This document shows positions 44,427 to 53,214 of a DNA stretch of 53,214 bases, piece by piece. The position numbers were made by a program, and so were the translations under genes. Position 1 is the first letter of the stretch, and each line of letters begins with the position of its first letter. Under the pieces are notes generated by a model. It ran no database searches and was not told the DNA's origin. It saw nothing but the letters and a program-made list of their open reading frames with translations. The stretch is from Fidelibacterota bacterium. Its GTDB lineage: Bacteria; Fidelibacterota; UBA2242. The stretch spans positions 1 to 53,214 of the forward strand of contig JADHWC010000005.1 in NCBI GenBank assembly GCA_016783665.1, given 5' to 3'.

Positions 44427-45881
44427 ATGCATCCTGATCGTGTCGTAACACTTTCAAATGTGATTTCCATATTGCGGGCATTTATGGCATTGCCTATCCT
44501 GTATTTTCTGCGGGAAGGAAAAGGGGATATTGCGCTGATATTTATTTTGATTGCCATTATTTCCGACGTTCTCGATGGCTGGCTTGCGCGAATCAGTAAT
44601 GAAATTACCGATATAGGAAAGATTCTGGACCCTGTTGCAGACAAAGTAGTGATTTTCAGTGTAATGCTATACCTCATGTTCGCGGATAGAATGCCGGCAT
44701 ATTTCTTTCTATTGTTGGCGGTTCGCGATCTTACTATTGTATTAATGGGAGTATATCTGCTGAATAACCGTAAGATCGCTCCCTATGCAAATAAACTTGG
44801 TAAAATCGCAGTTACTTTTACTTCTGCGACTGTTCTGGCATTTATTTATTCCGATATTGCCCATAATTGGGTTTTGCTGATCATGTGGATTACTATATTC
44901 TTTCTTCTGATCTCTTGGGTCCAGTATTGCCACTTCTTCGTCAGTCAGATTACCAGGGCTAAAAAAAAAACAGCAGTATCTGAACGATCCTCAAAACTTT
45001 CCAAAGGTCTGAAAAAAACCGAAAGCAGTATCGCGTCACGGATACCTCTTTTAGGTAAATTTTTTCGTATTAACAGTGATATGTTGACGTCGATTGAAGA
45101 AACGTTGATAGCTTCCGACCTGGGTGTTGACCTGACTGAAACTCTTATTGACAGGCTTAAAAATGTTGACCGGAAAGAGGCGGAAAAATTAGAAGATATT
45201 TTAAAATCCGAAATGAAATCGCTAATTAAAACCGATGAAGATATTCCCGATACGGATGCCAAACCGAGGGTTATGTTATTCGTAGGCGTGAATGGAACGG
45301 GGAAAACAACCAGCATCGGAAAACTCGCGCGAAAATTCACGTCGGAAGAAAAAAAGGTATTAATAGTTGCGGCGGATACGTTTCGTGCAGCTGCTTATGA
45401 CCAGCTCAAGGTATGGGCAGCCCGCGCTGATGCGGATTTTATGGGAAATCCAAAGGGGAAAGATCCGTCTTCAATCGCCTACGACGCAATTAAATCAGCC
45501 TTTGCAAAAGGACACGATATTGTCATGATCGATACAGCCGGTCGGCTTCATACCAGATCTAATCTGATGAATGAACTTGCCAAGATTAAGCGGGTTATCA
45601 CAAAACTGATTCCCGATGGGCCTCACGATATCTGGCTTGTTCTGGACGCTAATACGGGTCAAAACGGTATTATTCAGGCACAGGAATTCATGAACGCCGT
45701 GGGTGTAACGGGTATTATTTTGACCAAACTGGACGGTACGGCAAAAGGCGGCGTTGTTTTAGCCATTCACCATAAATTGAGCATTCCTATTCGTTATTTG
45801 GGAGTTGGAGAACAAATCGACGATCTGATTGAATTTGATCCGAATAGTTTTATTGACGCTTTGCTTACTGATAATAATTAA
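44427..45881 (+). CDS. ftsY: Fusion: CDP-alcohol phosphatidyltransferase (PgsA-like) + SRP receptor FtsY NG domain
   Basis: N-terminal DVLDGWLAR-x7-GKILDPVAD motif and TMs; C-terminal GVNGTGKTT, DTFRAAA, DTAGR, TKLDGTAKGG; single open frame. Confidence 0.9.
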   Translation: MHPDRVVTLSNVISILRAFMALPILYFLREGKGDIALIFILIAIISDVLDGWLARISNEITDIGKILDPVADKVVIFSVMLYLMFADRMPAYFFLLLAVRDLTIVLMGVYLLNNRKIAPYANKLGKIAVTFTSATVLAFIYSDIAHNWVLLIMWITIFFLLISWVQYCHFFVSQITRAKKKTAVSERSSKLSKGLKKTESSIASRIPLLGKFFRINSDMLTSIEETLIASDLGVDLTETLIDRLKNVDRKEAEKLEDILKSEMKSLIKTDEDIPDTDAKPRVMLFVGVNGTGKTTSIGKLARKFTSEEKKVLIVAADTFRAAAYDQLKVWAARADADFMGNPKGKDPSSIAYDAIKSAFAKGHDIVMIDTAGRLHTRSNLMNELAKIKRVITKLIPDGPHDIWLVLDANTGQNGIIQAQEFMNAVGVTGIILTKLDGTAKGGVVLAIHHKLSIPIRYLGVGEQIDDLIEFDPNSFIDALLTDNN

Positions 45882-45898
45882 AATAGATCCTTTAATAT

Positions 45899-47191
45899 AT
45901 GTCTGAAAAATCGTTTTCGATCATATCGCTTGGATGTCCGAAAAATACAGTCGATTCGGAAGTGCTGAAAGGATATCTCGAAAAGTTGGGTTATAACTAT
46001 CTTCAAGAACCGGAAGATGCGGATATCATTATCATAAACACCTGCGGTTTCATTGATTCGGCAAAAGAAGAATCGGTAGAAACTATCCTGGAAACAGTCG
46101 AATTAAAGAAGACAGATCCAGGTAAAAAAATCCTCATAACCGGTTGTCTGTCCCAACGCTATCCCGAGCAGCTACGAATCGAACTCCCGGAAGTGGATGG
46201 AATATTTGGAATTGACTCATGGGACAAAGTAATCGAAAATATTGTTGAAACTTCCGAACCCTGTGAAGATGTGGAACGAATCCGGTCGCTGCTGACTCCG
46301 GGACATTTTGCTTATCTGAAAATTGCGGAAGGGTGTGATAACAGCTGCAGTTTTTGTTCGATTCCCCTGATCCGGGGTCAACAGAAAAGCCGGAGCGTGG
46401 ACAGTTTATTGCGGGAGGCTGAATACTTAAGCCAAAAAGGTGTGCAGGAGCTTATCCTGATTGCCCAGGATTTGACCCGCTATGGATCGGACCTTCCATC
46501 AAGACCTGATCTATTCACATTTTTGCAGGAACTGCTGCCGATGAAATTATTTCCATGGGTTCGCTTATTGTATGCAAACCCGGATTTCTGGAATACAAAA
46601 TTAAACGCTCTTTTTCAAAAGTATCCGGAATTATGCCCATATCTCGACATACCGGTCCAGCATGCTTCACCACGAATATTGAAGTTGATGGAGCGGGGAT
46701 ATGATATTCGGAAGATCAAAAAGAAATTGCTTCGGCTCAGGCAGGAAGTTCCCACAATTGCGCTAAGAACATCCGTTATGGTGGGATTCCCGTCGGAAAG
46801 TGACGATGATTTCAATATGTTGCTGGATTTTATTGAAGATGTTCGATTCGAGCGCTTGGGAGTGTTTACCTATTCGCAGGAAGAGGATACCAAAGCTGCG
46901 GAATTGACGGATAATATTTCACCCGAGGAAAAAGAACGCCGCAAAGATATCGTGATGCAGATACAGTGGTCGATTGCACGGGAGTTCGCCGCTTCAAAAG
47001 TCGGGCAGAAAATTGATGTGATTGTTGAAGGGCAGGAGGCAGGCGGATTCCTTGGCAGGACAGTCTGGGACGCTCCGGAAATTGATGGCTTTGTAAGAAT
47101 CCATAGTGAAAAAGCGCTTGAAATTGGCAAGTTTTACAAGGTGAAAATTGATAGTGTCGAAGAGTTGGATTTGGTTGGTAAGGTCGTTTAA
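45899..47191 (+). CDS. rimO: Ribosomal protein S12 methylthiotransferase
   Basis: SLGCPKNTVDSE, NTCGFI, CDNSCSFC, DAPEIDG, TRAM domain. Confidence 0.95.
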   Translation: MSEKSFSIISLGCPKNTVDSEVLKGYLEKLGYNYLQEPEDADIIIINTCGFIDSAKEESVETILETVELKKTDPGKKILITGCLSQRYPEQLRIELPEVDGIFGIDSWDKVIENIVETSEPCEDVERIRSLLTPGHFAYLKIAEGCDNSCSFCSIPLIRGQQKSRSVDSLLREAEYLSQKGVQELILIAQDLTRYGSDLPSRPDLFTFLQELLPMKLFPWVRLLYANPDFWNTKLNALFQKYPELCPYLDIPVQHASPRILKLMERGYDIRKIKKKLLRLRQEVPTIALRTSVMVGFPSESDDDFNMLLDFIEDVRFERLGVFTYSQEEDTKAAELTDNISPEEKERRKDIVMQIQWSIAREFAASKVGQKIDVIVEGQEAGGFLGRTVWDAPEIDGFVRIHSEKALEIGKFYKVKIDSVEELDLVGKVV

Positions 47192-47223
47192 ACCTGTCAG
47201 GTTTTGGAAACCTGACAGGTTTA
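47189..47223. repeat. REP doublet of the RAYT family overlapping the rimO stop codon
   Basis: Perfect 16-bp inverted repeat TAAACCTGTCAGGTTT-tgg-AAACCTGACAGGTTTA. Confidence 0.9.
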
Positions 47224-47283
47224 GAGGTAGCGCTATTGACGACATTGATTTGATTGGAACGGTGGATGAATGATCAGTTAAAC

Positions 47284-47312
47284 TTGACAATCAAATCTTT
47301 AATGATTATACT
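47284..47312 (+). promoter_or_regulatory. Near-consensus sigma70 promoter (Pc-like) facing the cassette array
   Basis: TTGACA-17 bp-TATACT. Confidence 0.7.
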
Positions 47313-47359
47313 CTGAAGCAATGATTAAAGAAATGGAAAATGGGTTCATAATTTTGTCT

Positions 47360-47484
47360 ATAGAGAAAACTTTAAGTTTCTTGATTAAGAAACTTTCTGA
47401 AAAAGTTTCTGCATGGAGAAACTTGTTTCTAGATAGAGAAACCTGTTTCAAGCGTAAATGTGCAGTATAAACGTATGTTATGTG
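47360..47484 (+). promoter_or_regulatory. attI-like core site (GTTATGTG) with upstream AGAAAC..GTTTCT palindrome array
   Basis: Palindromes at 47365-47380, 47388-47410, 47417-47430 and 47437-47450; GTT core at 47477 complementary to CACATAAC at 48532. Confidence 0.55.
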
Positions 47485-47544
47485 TATAAAAAATATTCGA
47501 AATTACCACTTGACTAATTTATAATTAAATATTGAGGTGATGAT

Positions 47545-48522
47545 ATGCCTAAACATGAATTAGAAGAAATCGTAACTGCTATTAAAGAAAACGAAGAAGA
47601 ATTTAAAATGACTTCAAGAGACCTAATTCATTTATTTGATTGTGAAAAACGAACGAAAGGAAATCAGGCATTAATAAATAAATATCTTGATGATAACAAA
47701 TTAGAAACATGTCCTGATTATAGATCTGCTTGGATCGACAGTGAAATTATTTTACGACATAAAAAGAAAGCGAAAAGTAAGAACGAAATTGATCCGATAC
47801 AAAGAATCAAAATTTTACCAGCTGCAAATAAAGAACCTGTTACAATTAAAAAAGATGCAGAATTAAAAGAAGCCGTTACTTTAATGATGATGAATAATTT
47901 TTCTCAATTACCCGTATTAAATGGGCCTAGAAATATTGTTGGCGTAATAACATGGGAAACAATTGGGATTGGTATTACTAATGGTCTCATTTCTTCAAAA
48001 ATTAGTGATTATATATCCCCGGAAATTACTATTTTAGATTACGATACTCCTCTTTTAGAGGCGATTTCAACTGTGATACAAAAAGAGTTTGTCGTTGTTC
48101 AGAAATCAGATAGAAGTATTTGTGGTATTGTTACAGTAGCAGATATAAGTGAACAATTTTTAACTTTGACAGAGCCTTTTCTATTATTAGAACAAATAGA
48201 AAATCATATACGTCAGATATTAGATGGAAAGTTTTTAATTGAAGAGCTTAAGAATCTATGTCCTAGCGATATTACAGATAGGGAGGTTGAGCATATTGAT
48301 GATCTAAATTTTGGAGATTATATAAGATTAATAGAAAAGCCAGATAATTGGGAAAGATTGAAACTTACTATTGATAGAACCCATTTTATTAAACAACTAG
48401 ATAAAGTTAGAAAAATCCGAAATGATATAATGCATTTTGATCCAGAAGGTATTACCCAAATACAGAGAGAAGATTTAATAAAAATGTCAAAATTCTTAAC
48501 TGAAATAAGAAAATATAGTTAA
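47545..48522 (+). CDS. CBS-pair + C-terminal HEPN (Swt1-like) protein, first cassette
   Basis: CBS: EAVTLMMMNNFSQLPV..VGVITW and CGIVTVADI; HEPN: IENHIR..., LNFGDY, RKIRNDIMH (RxxxxH); GAGG RBS. Confidence 0.8.
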   Translation: MPKHELEEIVTAIKENEEEFKMTSRDLIHLFDCEKRTKGNQALINKYLDDNKLETCPDYRSAWIDSEIILRHKKKAKSKNEIDPIQRIKILPAANKEPVTIKKDAELKEAVTLMMMNNFSQLPVLNGPRNIVGVITWETIGIGITNGLISSKISDYISPEITILDYDTPLLEAISTVIQKEFVVVQKSDRSICGIVTVADISEQFLTLTEPFLLLEQIENHIRQILDGKFLIEELKNLCPSDITDREVEHIDDLNFGDYIRLIEKPDNWERLKLTIDRTHFIKQLDKVRKIRNDIMHFDPEGITQIQREDLIKMSKFLTEIRKYS

Positions 48523-48531
48523 TGTATTGTT

Positions 48532-48665
48532 CACATAACCATTGGCTGCACCTAACAGCGAAAGCTGTTCGATGAATTTAGAGATTGAGGAGTTTTTGAA
48601 AGATTTAAGAATAAAAATAGATAGCTGTTTTCCGTTCAGCGTGGCTGAGCGTTGCCCGTTATCTA
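48532..48665 (+). mobile_element. attC-like site 1 of the right array
   Basis: CACATAAC-cattg-GCTGCACCTAACAGCGAAAGCTGTT ... GCTGAGC-gttgccc-GTTATCTA; right arm partly degenerate. Confidence 0.7.
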
Positions 48666-48793
48666 AGAAAATCACAGTCGAACATATTAAATATGTGTAT
48701 TCAAGATATAACTAATAAAATCAAAAATTATATTTTGAGAATATAACAATAGTCTGTAAGACGTTAACTAAAATACTAAAATGGAGGTTTGAA

Positions 48794-49270
48794 ATGAAAA
48801 GGTGTCTCATTTTAATGTTTTTATTCCTTTTAAATGTTTGTTTTGCTCAAAATGTATACATAAAGGTGCAAGAGGAAAATTTTAGGAAGAAACCAAATGG
48901 TGAAAAAATTGGTATATTACTAAAAGGAACTGAACTCAAGCAGATTGAATCAGATGGAGAATGGATAAAGGTAGCAGTAGAGGGGTGGATATATAAACCT
49001 TCAACATCTTCGAAAAAACCAATTACTAAGTCTGTAACCAAAAAATATAGAACTGTAATGTGGGATTCAAATATATATTCAAATGCCGGTACTGAAAGAT
49101 ATGGAAATGGTAATAGTAGAAAGATCGGATCAGTTAAAAAGGGAGAAAAACTCGAGATATTAAATGAAAAACAGTTATCAGCCAAGGGAATTACTGTCCC
49201 GTGGTATTATGTTAAGCGAAGTAATGGACAAAAAGGGTGGATTTCTGATGCAGATCTGGCTTCAGAATAA
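48794..49270 (+). CDS. Exported tandem SH3b-like domain protein (cassette)
   Basis: GGAGG RBS, signal peptide, WIKV..EGWI and WYYV....GQKGWI motifs. Confidence 0.75.
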   Translation: MKRCLILMFLFLLNVCFAQNVYIKVQEENFRKKPNGEKIGILLKGTELKQIESDGEWIKVAVEGWIYKPSTSSKKPITKSVTKKYRTVMWDSNIYSNAGTERYGNGNSRKIGSVKKGEKLEILNEKQLSAKGITVPWYYVKRSNGQKGWISDADLASE

Positions 49271-49365
49271 CTATTGAATTTTAACATTCACTATTTTCAC
49301 ATTTTAAAAATAAATCATAGTTATTGATTGCAAATGAAATTATCAAGTCTTGTAGTAACCCTTTT

Positions 49366-49455
49366 TAGATAACCCTTGCGCGGATATAACGCCTTAAGCT
49401 GTTCGATGATTTTGAGTTTTGAGGATGTTGACCCTCGTATCTCGTACGTTAACTA
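49366..49455 (+). mobile_element. Degenerate attC-like site 2 of the right array
   Basis: TAGATAAC (exact complement of GTTATCTA at 48658) ... AAGCTGTTCGATGA core shared with attC1 ... GTTAACTA; weak stem. Confidence 0.5.
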
Positions 49456-49508
49456 TACCTAATAAATGAACATATTATGAAATTCAGAAGGTAAAAAAGA
49501 GTTAGAAA

Positions 49509-52500
49509 ATGAAACATCAAAAATATTTTGTTGTTTTAGTAATTTCCGTTATATCAATATTTTTTATTGCTTGCGAAAATGATGATACAATATCCCCAAT
49601 AGTTGCTATTACAAGCCCAATTGATGGTAGTGTCGTCCATGAAACTGTAAATATCACTATTAGCGTATCAGACAACAGTAAAATTGATGATGTTCAGTTG
49701 TTAATTGATGGAATAAAAGTCAATAATCTTGTAAAAGAGAGTGATCTATATAAGTATTCTTGGGAAACCTATTCAATTGAAAACGGTACTGAACATACAT
49801 TAATTGCCAGAGCAACAGATTCAGAAGGTAATACAGGACAGTCGGATATTATCGCGGTAACCGTAAATAATGAAGGATTTTCGCCGCAATCTGTTATTTT
49901 ACAATCACCAGTTGTCAGCGGTTCTAACATTACACTAAATTGGTCAGCTTCTAATGATGCAGATTTTGATCATTACGAACTATTAAGAACGTATGCAGAA
50001 GTTGACACTTATTCCGTGGTTTTCTCTGACAGTTCTTCTCAAAAAGTTGTATTTACAGATTCTGTAATTCAAAATACTTCATATGAGTACTATATAAAAG
50101 TTGTTGATAAGGCTGGACTTTTTTCGGAAAGTAATCATCAAACAGTAGAATACACTCAATTTTTACCTCCTATTCCACAAAACTTTTCTGCGATTGTAAA
50201 CGGATGTTTTATTGATTTATCTTGGAATCCAATAGATATTCCAGATTTTAGTAGATATGTTATTTTGAAAAAAACGACTAACATATCTCAAATCGATAGT
50301 ATTATCATTAAACAAATGTCTGAATCTTCTTATTCAGATTCTGTTTCTCAAATTAATGAATATGAATATTCATTGATTGCTTTTGATGATTTTGGGAATT
50401 ATTCAACAACAGATACAGTTCCATTTTATGTTTCAGATTTCCAGCCAAAAACACCAAAAATGTATGATCCAATTATTGATGGTTCAAATATTGCTCTTAA
50501 ATGGTCAAGGAATACGGATGTTGATTTTCAATCATATCAAATCTTTCGTTCTCAAAATGGTTCTGAGATGGAATTAATAAATCAAATTCAAGCAAAAGAT
50601 GATACAACTTTTGTAGATGAAGTAACTCAAGGATTGTTATACTTATATTTGGTTGCCGTAAATGATAATGGTGGGCTTCAGGCAAATTCTAATACCATTT
50701 CAATATCAGCGGTAGAGTTTAATCCTACTCCAGTTCAATTACTTTCAATTGAATTAAATGGTGATATTATTAGTCTTGAATGGTCTCAAAATACCGATAC
50801 TGATTTTAATAATTACAGGATCGAACAAAGTATAGATAGCGGAGACTACGAATATCTAATTGAAATTCATGAACGAACTACTTTAATAAAAAGTTTTAGT
50901 GTAGAGCAATACCACAACTACAGTTATAAAATTATTTGTGTAGATGTTGCTGCGCTTGAAGTCGAAAGTAATATCCTACAAATCGAAAAAGAAAGATTCT
51001 TACCTTCAGAAGTAAATCTTTTATCAGTTGATCTATCAGGAGATGTAATAACATTGGATTGGAATTATTCGCCTGATGTTGATTTTCAGAAATTTGAAAT
51101 TATTAGAAATAACGTCACTATTTCCGAGTTGACAGATTCATTGGAAAATTCGTTTAAAGACACAGTTACTCAAGGATTAGATTATTCTTACCAAATTGAA
51201 GTTTATGATATTGCTGATTTAAAATCAGTTTCAAATATAAAAACAATTTATGCAGGAGATTTTTTACCTTCTGATGTGATTTTGACTTCAATAAATCTTT
51301 CTGGTGATGTTGTTACGTTAAACTGGAATTATTCAAAGGATGTCGATTTTTTAAAGTATGAAGTGATTAGAAACGGTGAAACAATAGTTGAGATAACTGA
51401 TTATGATGATAAAACATACGATGATACTGTAGTACAGGGAGTTGATTACGATTATCAAATTAAAGTTATCGATACAGGAGAACTTGAAAATAGTTCAAAT
51501 ACAAAAACAATTTTAGCAGATGCGTTTTATCCTCCAAGTGTTGAGATTAGTAACATTTCTTATAATGGTTCAGGAATTTTAGTTGAATGGATACCTTCAA
51601 TAATTCCTGATTTTCAATACATAGAAATAATTCGCTCAACTGATTCATTGTTTACAGACCAAAACGTGATCGAAACAATCTCAGATAATAACCAAAGTGA
51701 ATATATTGACTATTCAATACAAACTGAAAACAGTCGTTATTTTTATAAATTAGAATTATATGATACTGGTAATCTATCCAATATTTCAGACTGGAAATAT
51801 CTCTCTTTTTTTGATGAAATTATGTTCTTAGACTTCTTTGACAATAATAGCAAACAAGCACTTCTTATGGTTGAAAGTGACGGTTACAATAAAAAACCTA
51901 TAATGTTTGATTTGGGGTATGATAGATGGTTTGATGTATCTCCAGATGGAAAATATGCAATCTTAAATAAGTGGATCAGTTCGATTACCACTAAATGGCT
52001 ATTGATAGATATTCAAAATAATAACTCAAGAATTATTACAGATGAACAACATTGGATGGGATATTCATATATTGCCTGGACGGGCGATAGTAAAAAAGCA
52101 TACTTTAATAGTGACTACCAAATATTCGAATATGATGTAAATAGTAATACAGTAAATCACATTGTTGGAGCATATGAACCAAGCGATGAAAGGATTTATG
52201 AGATGTATGTATCTGAGGGTTCTGGTAAATTAGTATATAAAAAATTAGTATATTGGCAAGAACAAGAATGGGCTACAGATATTTTCGTTTACTATAATGG
52301 CGAACACCAAAATATTACAAACACTGGCGGTAATCTTGGTGGATACCATCGATACTATGAGGAAACTCCTGCAATAAATTATGATGGATCAGAAGTGTTC
52401 TACACTCGAGAAGGTATAATATGGAAAAACGATTTAAATTCTAATACAGAAACTGAATTTATGAAAGCTTTTGGCTGGCTGCTACATGAAGCTATATTTT

Positions 52501-52784
52501 CACATGATGGCAATAATTTATACATAGAATGGTTTCAACCTTCTGATGATTATACATATGGCTTATATGAAATAAATACAAACGATGGAACAATAACAAT
52601 GATGTTTGATGGCAAAGTTTCTTTACAGGATATTTCACCAGATGGAGATAAGATTTTATTTAATTCAGATGAGTTAGACTATCAAATAATAATGGATAGA
52701 ACCACATATCAAATTGAGACTCAAATACCTGTATCATTGAAATCAAAAGCAAGATGGGTAAAAAATCGATGGTTGTCAAAATAA
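49509..52784 (+). CDS. Large lipoprotein: Ig-like domain, ~7 FN3-like repeats, C-terminal TolB-like propeller
   Basis: Lipobox FFIAC; PIVAITSP.DG Big domain; repeated W...D.DF..Y.I.R units; SPDG/SHDG blades; AT-rich. Confidence 0.75.
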   Translation: MKHQKYFVVLVISVISIFFIACENDDTISPIVAITSPIDGSVVHETVNITISVSDNSKIDDVQLLIDGIKVNNLVKESDLYKYSWETYSIENGTEHTLIARATDSEGNTGQSDIIAVTVNNEGFSPQSVILQSPVVSGSNITLNWSASNDADFDHYELLRTYAEVDTYSVVFSDSSSQKVVFTDSVIQNTSYEYYIKVVDKAGLFSESNHQTVEYTQFLPPIPQNFSAIVNGCFIDLSWNPIDIPDFSRYVILKKTTNISQIDSIIIKQMSESSYSDSVSQINEYEYSLIAFDDFGNYSTTDTVPFYVSDFQPKTPKMYDPIIDGSNIALKWSRNTDVDFQSYQIFRSQNGSEMELINQIQAKDDTTFVDEVTQGLLYLYLVAVNDNGGLQANSNTISISAVEFNPTPVQLLSIELNGDIISLEWSQNTDTDFNNYRIEQSIDSGDYEYLIEIHERTTLIKSFSVEQYHNYSYKIICVDVAALEVESNILQIEKERFLPSEVNLLSVDLSGDVITLDWNYSPDVDFQKFEIIRNNVTISELTDSLENSFKDTVTQGLDYSYQIEVYDIADLKSVSNIKTIYAGDFLPSDVILTSINLSGDVVTLNWNYSKDVDFLKYEVIRNGETIVEITDYDDKTYDDTVVQGVDYDYQIKVIDTGELENSSNTKTILADAFYPPSVEISNISYNGSGILVEWIPSIIPDFQYIEIIRSTDSLFTDQNVIETISDNNQSEYIDYSIQTENSRYFYKLELYDTGNLSNISDWKYLSFFDEIMFLDFFDNNSKQALLMVESDGYNKKPIMFDLGYDRWFDVSPDGKYAILNKWISSITTKWLLIDIQNNNSRIITDEQHWMGYSYIAWTGDSKKAYFNSDYQIFEYDVNSNTVNHIVGAYEPSDERIYEMYVSEGSGKLVYKKLVYWQEQEWATDIFVYYNGEHQNITNTGGNLGGYHRYYEETPAINYDGSEVFYTREGIIWKNDLNSNTETEFMKAFGWLLHEAIFSHDGNNLYIEWFQPSDDYTYGLYEINTNDGTITMMFDGKVSLQDISPDGDKILFNSDELDYQIIMDRTTYQIETQIPVSLKSKARWVKNRWLSK

Positions 52785-53075
52785 AAAACAAAGAGGTTAT
52801 ATGGATCCGATAATTGTGGTTTCCCCCAATGTTTGGACGGTGATTAAGCAAAGTTAAGGTGTAAATGTTAGTAAATCCGATCCGGTATTTCACAAAAAGG
52901 TTTTAGCGTTCATGTTAGGCATATGTTATACAGTAAAAAAACATCGATTATTGATCTCATATTATGAACGGTAAAACTAATACATTCAATTTTAAATTGA
53001 GTAATATTCCAATAATTAATATTCGAATGGAATTTCATAATACATTTCAGATTTTATGTTCAAATAATTTCTACA

Positions 53076-53214
53076 TGTAGATGGTCGTATTAAATTGTAC
53101 CAATTATGGTCGTTTAAAAGTGTACCAGAATTTCAAATGAGAATTGATTAGAAAAGAATGAACTAAGTGCCTCTAATGATAGTAACCTTCGTCTGGAAGA
53201 CGAGTAAGTTGGTA
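53076..53214 (+). mobile_element. End of an IS21-family insertion sequence (continues beyond window)
   Basis: TGT terminus followed by tandem 22-bp repeats ATGGTCGTATTAAATTGTACCA and ATGGTCGTTTAAAAGTGTACCA, typical of IS21 ends; no transposase inside the window. Confidence 0.65.

Noticed and set aside
46994-47290. Minus-strand ORF containing NLSGFQNLTGL
   Set aside because: Translation of the REP doublet plus rimO antisense; not a gene
47360-47450. AGAAAC/GTTTC motifs as degenerate CRISPR repeat ends
   Set aside because: Units are too short and too close, with no 30-40 bp unique spacers

Overview
Mostly ordinary housekeeping DNA (~4.0-47.2 kb) from an LPS-producing diderm bacterium. FCB-group/Marinimicrobia-like affinity is inferred from the T9SS-type sorting domain, long HutU and gene order. 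Core genes include hutU/hutI/hutH, thyX, radA, tgt, nadAB, yajC-def-fmt-rsmB-PASTA-rpe, hflX, guaB, rpsT, tatC, waaA, rimO, and a CDP-alcohol phosphatidyltransferase fused in frame to FtsY. Both ends carry visibly AT-rich accessory regions with the same architecture and no integron integrase in the window: a REP palindrome (AAACCTG(A/T)CAGGTTT family), then ~210-250 bp containing arrays of short palindromes, then a GTTATG core site, then gene cassette(s) closed by attC-like sites whose R'' boxes are complementary to the cassette-start R' boxes. The left end also has the cognate RAYT (HUH/Y1 transposase) with a REPIN in its coding sequence, a REP-bounded partial RAYT duplicate, a TA cassette, and a 140-bp duplicate of the hutU 3' end. 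The right array starts with a CBS-HEPN(RxxxxH) protein and is followed by an IS21-family end. All calls come from reading motifs by eye; no database searches were run.
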